DNA of 64,000 nt from an uncultured bacterium (GTDB lineage: Bacteria > Zixibacteria > MSB-5A5 > UBA10806). Every line of letters starts with the position of its first letter. Position 1 is the stretch's first letter. The position numbers and the translations under genes were made by a program. Of this stretch, positions 1 to 10,062 are shown one piece after another. The stretch covers positions 128,001 to 192,000 of the forward strand of contig CBEUCH010000002.1 in the NCBI GenBank assembly GCA_965541585.1. The letters are read 5' to 3'. The notes under the pieces were generated by a model. It did not search any database. It saw only the letters and a list, made by a program, of their open reading frames with translations, and was not told the origin of the DNA.

Positions 1-1
1 G

Positions 2-337
2 GGAAATCAAACCGGCCTGAATGTCAAAGGCCCCGCCGAGAAAGCTCCGGTTCCCGATACCGCTCTAAAGATCAGGGAAGCTTACGATGAAGCGGCATCA
101 TCCCTGTTAGATGAGGTTACGATCAAATGGCGCGATGAAACTCTGCAAAAAACCGACGAGTTGTACGGCGAAACATGGAAACGCGGCCTGACGCTGCGGA
201 TCTTAATCGACCACGAGATTCATCATCGCGGGCAGATGACCGTTCTCATGCGCCAGGCGGGGCTGAAGGTGCCCGGAATTTATGGGCCGGCGAAGGAAGA
301 GTGGGAAAAGTACGGCATGAAGGAGCCGGCGATATAG
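2..337 (+). CDS. DinB family protein (5'-truncated by window edge)
   Basis: Manual translation of frame +2 gives ...LRILIDHEIHHRGQMTVLMRQAGLKVPGIYGP...*, containing the DinB HEIHHRGQ motif; not in the ORF track. Confidence 0.85.
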   Translation, partial: GNQTGLNVKGPAEKAPVPDTALKIREAYDEAASSLLDEVTIKWRDETLQKTDELYGETWKRGLTLRILIDHEIHHRGQMTVLMRQAGLKVPGIYGPAKEEWEKYGMKEPAI

Positions 338-347
338 GGGTGAACCT

Positions 348-1217
348 ATGAACGATCGGTCTGATTCAAATTTCCCCGGGTTCGGGATGCGTCCTCTGGG
401 AAGGAAAGGGACGCTGGTAAGCCCGGTCGGCCTGGCGGGGATGGCCGTCGGTAATATCAAGGGGCCGCCCCTGGAAGTTTATCGCTGGGGGTTGAAGAAC
501 GGCATTAACCTGGCCTTGTGGAGCCCGCTTCACAAAAATCTTACCAGAGCGCTTTTGGAATTATCGGTTCAGGACAGATCGAATCTTTTTATCGTCGCCG
601 GAATGGGTGGGGGTGGACCCCGCCATATACGCCAATGGATGACAGCAAAATTGAAGTTACTGGGATTGGAAAAATTTTCAAGCTTTTTACTGGGCTGGGT
701 GCACTCGAGATACAAGGTCCGCGATTCGGTTCTGGATGAGCTGATCTCTTTGAGGGAGGACGGACTTTGTGATAATATCGGGCTTTCCATTCACAAAAGG
801 CGACTTGCATATGAGATCTACGACAAGGGCGTATTTGATATATTCATGCTCCGATATAACGCCGCACACCGAGGGCTGGAAGAGGATTTTTTCGATAAGC
901 TTTATCCAGATAGATTACCCGGGGTGATAACCTATACGGCGACCCGCTGGACAAAGCTATTAAAGCGTCCTCCGAAGTGGAATGAAGACCTGCCGCGCCC
1001 GGGCGACATATATCGTTTTCCATTAAGCCATCCGAGGGTTAACGCGGTCTGGATGTCGCCAAAGAGTCTGGCCGAATTGAAATCGAATCTTGAGGTTATT
1101 TCCAAAGGCCCACTAAGACCAGACGAGGACGCCTTCATTCGCCGTTTTGGCGATGCCGTTTACGCCTCCAAGCCCCGCATAATCGGTGATCATTTTGAGC
1201 GGAGCGCAAGGATATGA
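348..1217 (+). CDS. aldo/keto reductase-like oxidoreductase
   Basis: RPLGRKGTLVSPVGL N-terminus, NIGLSIH and MLRYNAAHRGLE motifs typical of AKR TIM barrels. Confidence 0.7.
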   Translation: MNDRSDSNFPGFGMRPLGRKGTLVSPVGLAGMAVGNIKGPPLEVYRWGLKNGINLALWSPLHKNLTRALLELSVQDRSNLFIVAGMGGGGPRHIRQWMTAKLKLLGLEKFSSFLLGWVHSRYKVRDSVLDELISLREDGLCDNIGLSIHKRRLAYEIYDKGVFDIFMLRYNAAHRGLEEDFFDKLYPDRLPGVITYTATRWTKLLKRPPKWNEDLPRPGDIYRFPLSHPRVNAVWMSPKSLAELKSNLEVISKGPLRPDEDAFIRRFGDAVYASKPRIIGDHFERSARI

Positions 1218-1288
1218 AGTGAATTCATCCTTGTTACCAGGCGCCGCTGGGTAACAAGAAGTCAAGTATAGTAATGACCGCGGAGGGC

Positions 1289-1335
1289 CGACACCACGAC
1301 AATACTTATTTGGCCTTGTCGCAAAGCTTCACAAA
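1289..1335. repeat. 47-bp direct repeat, left copy (duplicate of the oligopeptidase F 3' end)
   Basis: cgacaccacgacaatacttatttggccttgtc[g/a]caaagcttcacaaa recurs at 3689-3735 with 1 mismatch, offset 2400 bp. Confidence 0.95.
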
Positions 1336-1346
1336 GGAGCTTTATT

Positions 1347-1373
1347 GGCAGGTCTCGGAAAGACCTGCCCTAC
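1347..1373 (-). repeat. REP-like GTAG-palindrome
   Basis: Minus strand reads GTAGGGCAGGTCTttccgAGACCTGCC: GTAG foot plus 9-bp stem. Confidence 0.65.
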
Positions 1374-1495
1374 TACGTCTCGCAAACACCGAAAACCCTT
1401 GACATTCTCGTAGAATTAGTTATCCATATTAATAGATAAGTGTAATTTTCATCTACGATTGGCAACAAGGATAAATACTTCTTAGAGAGGACGTT

Positions 1496-3601
1496 ATGAA
1501 AAGGGCTAAAATTTTATTACTGGCGATATTTTGCCTGTCATTCGCCGGTTCTGCATTTGCCCAGAACGTCGAGTATGTCTCATCAACCCTCTGGTCGAAT
1601 GTTAGGGATGCAGAAATCGTTGGAGGCTACGCCTATTGCGTATTCCTTAATGGCCTGGTTGTTCTTGATGTATCAGACCCGGCTTCCCCTGCTTTCGTCA
1701 GCCAGCTTTATCTTCAAGGCATGGGAGAAGGCATTGACATTGATGGTAACTATGCCTATGTGGCTGATTGGACTGGTCTGGAGATAATCGACATCAGCGA
1801 CCCCACCCGGCCGAGTTGGGTTGCAGGTTATGACACGCCGCATCATGCTTGGGATGTTTTCATATCAGGCGATTACGCCTTTGTGGCTGATGAATCTTCC
1901 GGCCTGCAGATAATCGACATCAGCGACCCTGCCGAGCCGGGTTGGGTTGGAGATTATGACACGCCGGGTTATGCTTTAGGCGTTTTCGTCTCCGGCGAAT
2001 ACGCCTTTGTGGCTGATAGTTATTCCGGACTGCAGATAATCGACATCAGCAACCCCACTCACCCGAGTTGGGTTGGAGATTACGACGCGCTGGATCGGGC
2101 TCGGGACGTTTTCGTATCGGGCGGATACGCCTATGTGGCTGAGGGCAGTTATGGTCTGCAGATAATCGATGTTAGGGACCCCGCCCAGCCAGCTTGGGTT
2201 GGAGATTATGATACGCCGGGTTATGCTGAGGACGTTTTCGTATCGGGCGATCACGCCTATGTGGCTGATGGCCTTTCCGGTCTGCAGATAATTGACATCA
2301 GCGATCCCGCCCAGCCGGGCTGGGTTGGAGATTATGACACGCCGGGTTCTGCTAGCGGCGTTTTCGTCTCCGGGGAATACGCCTGTGTGGCTGATCATTC
2401 CGGTCTGCAGATAATCGAGATCAGCGACCCCGCCCAGCCGGGTTGGGTCGGAGAGTATGATGCGCCGCGTGGTGTTTATGGTGTTTTCGTCTCCGGCGAT
2501 TACGCCTATGTAGCTAATTACAATTCGGGTCTGCAGATAATCGACATCAGCGACCCTGCCCAGCCGGGTTGGGTTGGAGATTATGACACGCCGGGTTCGG
2601 CTTGGGGCGTTTTCGTAGATGGTGATTACGCCTATGTGGCTGATGCGTTTTCCGGCCTGCATATAATCGACATCAGCGACCCTGCCCAGCCGAGTTGGGT
2701 TGGAGATTACGACACGCCGGATCGGGCTTGGGACGTTTTCGTATCGGGCGATCACGCCTATGTGGCTGATGAAGATTCGGGCCTGCAGATAATCGACGTC
2801 AGCGACCCCGCCCAGCCAGCTTGGATTGGAGATTATGACACGCCGGGTCGAACTCTTGGCGTTTTCGTCTCAGGCGATTACGCCTATATGGCTGATGGCG
2901 ATTCCGGTCTGCTGATAATAGATATCAGCGATCCCGCTCAGCCGGGCTGGGTTGGAGAGTATGACACGCCGGGTTATGCTTTAGGCGTTTTCATATTGGG
3001 CGACTACGCCTATGTGGCTGATGGCGGTTCCGGTCTGCTGATATTCGACATCAGCAACCCCGACCAGCCAGGTTTGGTCAGTGGTTATAATACGCCGGGT
3101 GGCGCTTATGGTGTTTTCGTCTCCGGCGATTACGCCTATGTAGCTGATTACAATTCCGGTCTGCGGATAATCGATATCAGCGACCCTGCCCGGCCGAGTT
3201 GGGTTGGAGATTATGACACGCCGGGTTCGGCTTGGGCCGTTTTCGTAGATGGTGATTACGCTTACGTGGCTGATTGGGCTTCATTAATTATTCTCAGGTT
3301 CGCTCAGACTCATGTTGACCAACCACATAACAAACCCCATAGATTTTCCCTCTCGCAGAACTACCCCAACCCCTTCAACCTCTCCACCACTATTGGCTAT
3401 AGTCTGCCTGAGGCCGGCGATGTCACCATTGACATATACGATTTACTCGGCCGCAAGGTTGAGACGCTTATTTCAGGAAAGCAACCAGCCGGACTTCATT
3501 CAATCCTCTGGGAGGCCGGGGACATGCCCTCGGGGATATATTTCTACAGGATTCAGGCGGGTGATTATGCGCAAGCAAGAAAATGTATTCTTTTGAAATA
3601 A
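1496..3601 (+). CDS. secreted LVIVD-repeat double beta-propeller protein with C-terminal FlgD/T9SS-A-like sorting domain
   Basis: Signal peptide; 14 YAYVA..GLQIIDISDP blades of about 42 aa; SQNYPNPFN...RKCILLK tail. Confidence 0.9.
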   Translation: MKRAKILLLAIFCLSFAGSAFAQNVEYVSSTLWSNVRDAEIVGGYAYCVFLNGLVVLDVSDPASPAFVSQLYLQGMGEGIDIDGNYAYVADWTGLEIIDISDPTRPSWVAGYDTPHHAWDVFISGDYAFVADESSGLQIIDISDPAEPGWVGDYDTPGYALGVFVSGEYAFVADSYSGLQIIDISNPTHPSWVGDYDALDRARDVFVSGGYAYVAEGSYGLQIIDVRDPAQPAWVGDYDTPGYAEDVFVSGDHAYVADGLSGLQIIDISDPAQPGWVGDYDTPGSASGVFVSGEYACVADHSGLQIIEISDPAQPGWVGEYDAPRGVYGVFVSGDYAYVANYNSGLQIIDISDPAQPGWVGDYDTPGSAWGVFVDGDYAYVADAFSGLHIIDISDPAQPSWVGDYDTPDRAWDVFVSGDHAYVADEDSGLQIIDVSDPAQPAWIGDYDTPGRTLGVFVSGDYAYMADGDSGLLIIDISDPAQPGWVGEYDTPGYALGVFILGDYAYVADGGSGLLIFDISNPDQPGLVSGYNTPGGAYGVFVSGDYAYVADYNSGLRIIDISDPARPSWVGDYDTPGSAWAVFVDGDYAYVADWASLIILRFAQTHVDQPHNKPHRFSLSQNYPNPFNLSTTIGYSLPEAGDVTIDIYDLLGRKVETLISGKQPAGLHSILWEAGDMPSGIYFYRIQAGDYAQARKCILLK
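1750..3275 (+). repeat. intragenic 126-bp tandem repeat array with high DNA identity
   Basis: gataatcgacatcagc at 1783 and 1909 (period 126), recurring with few changes through the array. Confidence 0.95.
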
Positions 3602-3647
3602 GATAGAGCTCAGTTGTTGGGGGATAAATCCATACGGATCCGCAGGA

Positions 3648-3674
3648 CATGCTCAGGTCTTCGACCAGAGCATG
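3648..3674. repeat. REP-like hairpin
   Basis: CATGCTCaGGTC-ttc-GACCaGAGCATG imperfect palindrome just inside the right direct repeat. Confidence 0.55.
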
Positions 3675-3688
3675 CCACCCGCCCGCGT

Positions 3689-3735
3689 CGACACCACGAC
3701 AATACTTATTTGGCCTTGTCACAAAGCTTCACAAA
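3689..3735. repeat. 47-bp direct repeat, right copy (contains the oligopeptidase stop codon)
   Basis: Matches 1289-1335; encodes FVKLCDKAK* on the minus strand. Confidence 0.95.
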
Positions 3736-5526
3736 TGAGTCGACATCCGCCAATGAGCGCGCCACTGCATCTCGCCAGAAATCCTCTTTTGTCAGATCGA
3801 CATCCATATGTTTTCCGGCTATATCTTCGGTGGTCATTCTTCCGGTGTCGGCGAGTAAAGCACGGTAATTTTTTGCAAAAGCCGATCCCTCTTTCATGGC
3901 GCGGTCGTAAACGCCGCTGGCGAACAGGAATCCGAAAGTATATGGAAAATTGTAGAATGGAGTTCCCGTTATAAAGAAGTGCAGCTTCGACGTCCAGAAT
4001 AACGGGTGATACCCCTCGTCCTGGTCAAGCAGGCCCATGAAAGCTTCGTTCTGCGCCTCAATCATCATCTCCGAAAGACGTTCTCTTCCGACAATCCCGC
4101 TCTTACGCTCTTCGTAAAACCTGGTGTCGAACAGGTACCGGGTATAGATATTAGCGAAATAGGTGAGGGGCCATTGAAGTTTTTGATCCAGAAGCATCAG
4201 TTTTTCATCGGGGTCGTCCGATATCTCGAAAGCAGCATCGGTGACGCGAAGCTCGTTAAAGATGGAGGCAGTCTCCGCCAGATTCATGGGATATTTCTGA
4301 GCGAACGGTGGCTCGTCCCTCAGAACAAATCCGTGATAGGCGTGTCCCAATTCATGGGCCAGCGTTCCCAGACCGTCGAAGTTACCGGTAAAGGTCATGA
4401 ATATCCTCGATTCCTTCCGGATGGGTATCCTCGAGCACCATCCGCCCGCGCCTTTCCCGGAGCGGTCCTCGGCTTCTATCCAGCGCTTTTCAAGTGCATT
4501 GCGGGAAAATTGGCCCATCTCCGCAGAGAAAGTGTTCAGATGCTCGACGATGAAATCGCCGGCGTCGGTGAAAGAGAATTTCTTCGAGGATTTTCCGAGC
4601 GGCGCAGTTTGATCATACCAGCAAAACTTATCGATGCTTAATAGTTTCATCTTGGCTTTTACATAATCCGCAATCTTTGCCCTGCCTTTTACAATGGCCT
4701 GCCACATGGCATCGAGCGTCTCCCGTTTTAACCGGCTGCCTAATAAAGGTTCGAGAAGCGGGGAATCCCAGTTGCGATTCTTATAGATGGAGAGTCGAAA
4801 ACCTGCCTGTGAATTGAGCGCCATTGCCGCCAGGTTAGCCTGTGGCTCCCAGGCTTTCTCCATTTTTACAAATGCGTCGCGGCGCACTTCTCTTTCCGGC
4901 TCTGACATCCTGGCAGCATTCTGACCGAGAGAGATCTCCTTTTTCTCGCCATTCTCTTCGATTTCAACACGCAGATCCCCGGCCATCTTGTCGTAAAGCC
5001 TGTTCCAGGCGTGATAACCGTTGACGGCCAGCTCCAGCGTCAGCTTTTCCTGGGCCTCCGGCATCTTCAACCTCGCATGATCGCGCATTTCATTCAAAGA
5101 GAAACTGATGGCAGCAATATCTTCTCTCTTAACCAGCCTGGCCCAGGATTCGTCGCTCTGATTTTTGGAAAATGATTCCAGGGTGGCATTGAGCATACTC
5201 CACCTGGAATAATGATCATCGATCTCGGCTTCGATCCTATGGGCCTCATCGTCATTGACATCCTGGCTGGTCAGGCATCCCGCAAAAGCACCGGCTAAGT
5301 GCAATCTCTCATACAGGCTTTGCTGTTCCAGAATCCAGGCGGCCCAATCCCCGATACTTTTATCGCTGTCGAGCTTATCAGGTAACCCTTCAAGAGTCTT
5401 TTTAGCGATATCAAGATCTTCGACGATTTTCATCCTGAAATCGGCGTATTCTTTTGATTTCGATCCTCCCGGGAATATCGATTCTATCTCCCACGTGGGG
5501 GCCTTCTCTTTATCTTGAGGCTTCAT
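3706..5526 (-). CDS. pepF: M3 family oligoendopeptidase F
   Basis: TLAHELGHAYH zinc motif, LAETASIFNE, FYNFPYTFGFLF. Confidence 0.9.
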   Translation of the reverse strand: MKPQDKEKAPTWEIESIFPGGSKSKEYADFRMKIVEDLDIAKKTLEGLPDKLDSDKSIGDWAAWILEQQSLYERLHLAGAFAGCLTSQDVNDDEAHRIEAEIDDHYSRWSMLNATLESFSKNQSDESWARLVKREDIAAISFSLNEMRDHARLKMPEAQEKLTLELAVNGYHAWNRLYDKMAGDLRVEIEENGEKKEISLGQNAARMSEPEREVRRDAFVKMEKAWEPQANLAAMALNSQAGFRLSIYKNRNWDSPLLEPLLGSRLKRETLDAMWQAIVKGRAKIADYVKAKMKLLSIDKFCWYDQTAPLGKSSKKFSFTDAGDFIVEHLNTFSAEMGQFSRNALEKRWIEAEDRSGKGAGGWCSRIPIRKESRIFMTFTGNFDGLGTLAHELGHAYHGFVLRDEPPFAQKYPMNLAETASIFNELRVTDAAFEISDDPDEKLMLLDQKLQWPLTYFANIYTRYLFDTRFYEERKSGIVGRERLSEMMIEAQNEAFMGLLDQDEGYHPLFWTSKLHFFITGTPFYNFPYTFGFLFASGVYDRAMKEGSAFAKNYRALLADTGRMTTEDIAGKHMDVDLTKEDFWRDAVARSLADVDSFVKLCDKAK

Positions 5527-5643
5527 TTCGCAAACTCCTCCGGTTCAAAAAAACGTTTATCAATTGTTATTCAGGTAGATAATAGTGTGCATCCTGAATA
5601 TCAAGGGGAATATTCGTTTCCTGCGGCCAGAGCAACTTCCCAC

Positions 5644-5671
5644 AAAAAAAAGCCCCGACCGGGGCCGGGGC
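5644..5671 (-). terminator. Rho-independent terminator of the C25 gene
   Basis: Minus strand gccccggc-cccg-gtcggggc followed by T8. Confidence 0.75.
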
Positions 5672-5694
5672 AAAGTCTTCGATCGCGCAAATTG

Positions 5695-8600
5695 CTACTT
5701 AATCAATAGCATCTTCTTGGAGGCGTGATAATCATCGGCTTTGATCCTGTAGAAATAGACGCCGGTCGATACCTGATTGCCGGAATCATCATTGCCATCC
5801 CATATGACCGATCGGTAACCGGCAGCCTGACGCTCGTCCACCAGCGTGTGAACGTTCTGCCCGAGGATATTATAGATTTCGATTCTGACATCGGCATCAT
5901 CCGGCAGGCCATAGGAGATCGTGGTAACGGGATTGAACGGATTAGGATAGTTCTGGGAGATGAAGAAATGTTCCGGAACTGCGGGCAAATCGTCGTCCGT
6001 TCCCGTCAGAACCTCCATGGTACCGGAATCGTAGTTGGACGGGAACGACTCGGCATCGCCGTAGTCTCCCGAATAAACAGCGGTCACGTGATACCAGTAA
6101 ACGTCATTATCGGGTACGTTAAAGTCTGTGAAACTTGCCTCGGTAACCGGTTCGTCGTTAAGCATCTCGGTATCGCCGCTCTCCCATTTGGCACGGAGAA
6201 CATTATACCCGTCGATATCCGGATGGACAACAGCGTCCCAGGTCAGCTCTATCCTGTCTCCCAATCCCTCGGAGGCCTCGAGGTTCTCCGGTGCGGGGCA
6301 TCTGGTCATGCTGAAGTCGATTTCACCGGTCGTCATGTCGGCCTCGACATTTATACCTTCCAATGTCATGGGGAAATAGCCTTTAATTTCAGCGGTCACA
6401 TCGGGTGTGCCGGGTGGAACCTCCCTGATCCAGTAGTCGCCCGATTGAGGAGTGATCCTGTACTGGCCGCTGGATGTCGAAATTTTGACATCCTGATTGA
6501 ACCCGAAGTTGGCCAGGTCGACATTACCCATGATGGCTCCCCGGCCGGTATTGGTTGTGATCTTGATAGCCCTGTTACTTGTCAGGGTTGCCGCCCCGGA
6601 GGAGTAAGAGTTGTCGAAAGTATATTCAATTCCCATTAATTGATCAAAACTCTCAAAACCGACCGACGAATAGAGTTCCTGGGAGTCGTTATTGGCTATC
6701 GACTGGTATTGGTAATAGAATTCGGCATCGCCGGTTATGGTCGGATAGTAAGCGGGATCGGTGATAATCATCTCAAATGTCTCGGTGGAGCCGGTATTCC
6801 TGTGTCTCATATGATACCATTCGATAACAAACCTGTGGTTGGCTTCGTCGTGCCAGGTGTAAACTCCGTAGGTACTGCCGGTGTATTCAAGATCGTCCCA
6901 GAACGGGGATATCTGCCCCCGTGCGTTGCCGGGATCGGGGATCGGCCAGTTGGAAAAGTTATACCAGTAGGTACGGCCCTGGTCATAGGGGTCGATGTCG
7001 ACTGCCGCAAACCCGTTGGTGCAAACGATAATATCGTCATATGCCCGTCCGTAGTAAACAAAATCAAAGGGCAGGTTAACCAGGACGGAGTAATCATCCT
7101 GATTGCTGAAATACAGGCGCGTGCCATCGCCTCCGAGGTTCGGTACGATCTCCACCCAGTCGTAAGCCGGTTGTTGAGCATAGCCGGCATCGCTATTATC
7201 GTACATGTAATAACCGTATGCGTCCGGACCAACAGGATCGCTCGGCAGTACGTTGCCCACGGTTACCGTAAACGGTACCGAAGATTGCGCGCCGGCGGAT
7301 GTAACGGTATGCAGAATCAGATTCAGGGTTCTGCCGTCGAAAGTGCCGGCATCGCAGGATATTACCATAGGATCAGCCGAGTTGTTGCCCGAACCGCCCC
7401 CGGGTATTCTGCCGAAACTGCCGCTTTCCGAGATGATGGTGGCATAGTCGTCAGCTGTCGCAACGATAGCGGTAACTCCCTCCGCATCCATGGACCCCAT
7501 GTTCTCAAGGGTGAGGACCATGTCTAACGTTTCACCGGGATCGAGTCTCCCGTTTCCTCCGGGGAACGCCACCATGATAACCCTGAACTTAGGGGCTTCG
7601 ACGGGGATCTCTACAACGGATTGCCATGAATCGCTATTGTTGTCAGTGGCTGTTATCTTCAGCCGGGCCACGTCTCCATACCGGGCATAGGGGTCAATCC
7701 TGATAACAAAGGGGGTTTCCGACGAAGCGGTCTCGCCGGCTGCGATATCGCCAAAGTCGCGAACGGCATCGTATACGTTTGCTAATTCCACATCAATAGG
7801 CTCGAGAACGACATTGACCTCGTATGCGGTCTGGTCGTCGCTGAAGTTCTTCAAATCTACAGAAAGCTCTATTATTTCACCCGGGTTGGCATTTCCGTCT
7901 CCATCACCGGAGGAATAACCGGAATCATCATCGTCGACTGCATGAGAATCGTAGCCCACTGCCAGCTCGCCTCTTGTTAACGTCACGGTGCCCTGGTAAG
8001 GATAGAGATCGCGGCCAGAGACCGTAAGATACATGGTACCGGCCGTGCTTGCATCGAATGAGAATGATATATTGCCGTAGGAATCGGTCTTGCCTACTTC
8101 GAAAACCTCTTCGTCATCCCATGAACCTTTTACCAGCGTAACGTATGCGCCTTCCACGGCTTGTTCGGTGTTGTCGGTGACTATGGCCTGGATATGGTTG
8201 ATGCCCTGACCGAGAGATGGGGGATGAGATACGTTTATGATCCTGGGAACGGCTGTTCTAACCTCCAGTTCAGGATCTCCAAGCATATTGTAGGTGTGAA
8301 AATACTTTCGGATCTCACTATCGACGTAGCGTGGGAATGTATTGTACTGCTGTATCTTTCCCCTGACAGCAGCGGCTGCGAAATGGTAGATGCCTTCGCC
8401 GAAGATGCCCCAGTAGTAACCGGTCATTATGGGGTTGTTCCAACGAGTATGCGTGTCGGGGTCAGATGCTCCGAAAAATGCCGGCCCGCCTTTATAGCTG
8501 GTAGGCGAGGAACCCATCTGGATCCACATCTCTCCGAAACACTGGTTGGAGCCAAAATTGCCTGTTCCGCATACTATGGAGGCCATTACGCCGAGCTTGT

Positions 8601-10029
8601 TATTGTTCTGGATCTGCCCCAGGTTGCCGGTATTGAAACTGGGAGAATACCATCCCGAAGATCCTGCCCAGCCCCTATAACTGACAAAACAGGGCCCACT
8701 ATTGAAATACCCAAGCAAGTAGGGATCGGATTGGCCGGAACTCCAACGGAATGAAGTATCAACGTGCGTGAAACCGTTTTGCAGAAGGAGCTGGCGCACC
8801 CAGAGCACGGTAATCCTCGGAGTGGTGGCGATAACATTTCCGGCCACCGAGAGCCCTCTTAGCCAGTGAGCAGGGTCATCCATATTGGGGGTGGCTTCGT
8901 AGTTAAAGATCTTTGCCAGGCCCACCCTCAGCTGGCTCATATTATCAACCGAGTAACGGCTGACAAAGATATCCGGCAAATAATCGTTGCCGTCCACCAT
9001 CGAATAGTGATGATCAGACGGGTAACCGCTGTATGGATAATCCTCGATACCGGTGTTATAGGTGTTGTCCTCATCTCCGACTATCATGACGTATTCGGGC
9101 GGCACTTCCCACGTCTCATATGCGTCCTGGATGTAATCGAATACCTCGTATTTGGTGGGATTGTCCCCGTTGGGATCGATCTCCGACGTCGGAGCTATGT
9201 AAACCGAGTATCCCTTTTTATGTTTCCAATCCGCCAGGGCCCGCAGTGTATCTACGAACATGTCTTTGGCCAGTATGAGATATCCTCCGCGGCGGACCTC
9301 GGTGGTGGAGAATAATTCATCGAAGTTAGCCACCATGGATCTATATATCGGATAGAAACCGTCGGACAGATACTCATGCCGGGTTGTTTTCGGGTTCACG
9401 ACGTTATCTCCGGTGAATGAAACCGAAACCGATAGATCGTGATAGACTTTTAGCTGGCGCCTGACGGGATTATATTGCACCGGATACATTGATACCTGAA
9501 CCATTCTCAGATCCCTCATTATCACCGGATCATGTACTTCCGCCAGGTTTCCGGGGTAGAACTCGTCACGGCTGTATGCGTCCTGATCCATCGTAAAAGG
9601 AACAAGTTCCTGTCCGGATTCCAGCTGAGACGGTTGCGTCGGTGCTATATCTACGTCTTCAATGATGTCATAGTCGGAATACTCGATACTGAAATCGATC
9701 CCGGCCTGATCGGGAATGGCGAGATAGGTGGACAAGACCGGCAGGTCCGGCCTGCCTTCCTCAGCTATCTCCCCCGCGAACAGATGATCGGCCTCGGGCA
9801 GTTGAACCTGCTGGTAATCAAGGCCGTTTAAGCTTACGGGCGTCATCCCGACGGCAGGTATTTCAAGATCGAGCTTTGCCTCGATATTATTGCTCTGATC
9901 TACACGTAGCCCGGCAGTCTCGTTTGCGATATCTGATACGATCCTGACCGCCTCAGCAGCGTTCACGGGCGCCATTGACACCGCAGATATCAAAATTGTC
10001 AGGGTTGCGAATCTTAGCATGTCCTTCAT
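5695..10029 (-). CDS. C25 (gingipain-like) multidomain secreted protein with propeptide, Ig/FN3 domains and FlgD-like tail
   Basis: LADWKHKKGY, EYVMIVGD, YNMLGDPEL, IVCGTG; C-terminal SQNYPNPFNP...KKMLLIK. Confidence 0.85.
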   Translation of the reverse strand: MKDMLRFATLTILISAVSMAPVNAAEAVRIVSDIANETAGLRVDQSNNIEAKLDLEIPAVGMTPVSLNGLDYQQVQLPEADHLFAGEIAEEGRPDLPVLSTYLAIPDQAGIDFSIEYSDYDIIEDVDIAPTQPSQLESGQELVPFTMDQDAYSRDEFYPGNLAEVHDPVIMRDLRMVQVSMYPVQYNPVRRQLKVYHDLSVSVSFTGDNVVNPKTTRHEYLSDGFYPIYRSMVANFDELFSTTEVRRGGYLILAKDMFVDTLRALADWKHKKGYSVYIAPTSEIDPNGDNPTKYEVFDYIQDAYETWEVPPEYVMIVGDEDNTYNTGIEDYPYSGYPSDHHYSMVDGNDYLPDIFVSRYSVDNMSQLRVGLAKIFNYEATPNMDDPAHWLRGLSVAGNVIATTPRITVLWVRQLLLQNGFTHVDTSFRWSSGQSDPYLLGYFNSGPCFVSYRGWAGSSGWYSPSFNTGNLGQIQNNNKLGVMASIVCGTGNFGSNQCFGEMWIQMGSSPTSYKGGPAFFGASDPDTHTRWNNPIMTGYYWGIFGEGIYHFAAAAVRGKIQQYNTFPRYVDSEIRKYFHTYNMLGDPELEVRTAVPRIINVSHPPSLGQGINHIQAIVTDNTEQAVEGAYVTLVKGSWDDEEVFEVGKTDSYGNISFSFDASTAGTMYLTVSGRDLYPYQGTVTLTRGELAVGYDSHAVDDDDSGYSSGDGDGNANPGEIIELSVDLKNFSDDQTAYEVNVVLEPIDVELANVYDAVRDFGDIAAGETASSETPFVIRIDPYARYGDVARLKITATDNNSDSWQSVVEIPVEAPKFRVIMVAFPGGNGRLDPGETLDMVLTLENMGSMDAEGVTAIVATADDYATIISESGSFGRIPGGGSGNNSADPMVISCDAGTFDGRTLNLILHTVTSAGAQSSVPFTVTVGNVLPSDPVGPDAYGYYMYDNSDAGYAQQPAYDWVEIVPNLGGDGTRLYFSNQDDYSVLVNLPFDFVYYGRAYDDIIVCTNGFAAVDIDPYDQGRTYWYNFSNWPIPDPGNARGQISPFWDDLEYTGSTYGVYTWHDEANHRFVIEWYHMRHRNTGSTETFEMIITDPAYYPTITGDAEFYYQYQSIANNDSQELYSSVGFESFDQLMGIEYTFDNSYSSGAATLTSNRAIKITTNTGRGAIMGNVDLANFGFNQDVKISTSSGQYRITPQSGDYWIREVPPGTPDVTAEIKGYFPMTLEGINVEADMTTGEIDFSMTRCPAPENLEASEGLGDRIELTWDAVVHPDIDGYNVLRAKWESGDTEMLNDEPVTEASFTDFNVPDNDVYWYHVTAVYSGDYGDAESFPSNYDSGTMEVLTGTDDDLPAVPEHFFISQNYPNPFNPVTTISYGLPDDADVRIEIYNILGQNVHTLVDERQAAGYRSVIWDGNDDSGNQVSTGVYFYRIKADDYHASKKMLLIK

Positions 10030-10062
10030 GAATCCTCCCGAGATTGACTCAACGTAATTCTC

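Noticed and set aside
1976..2755. Long antisense ORFs (also 5725..7527, 10066..11109, 29434..30462, 52571..53107 and others)
   Set aside because: They are shadows of well-supported genes on the opposite strand, with no motifs or RBS
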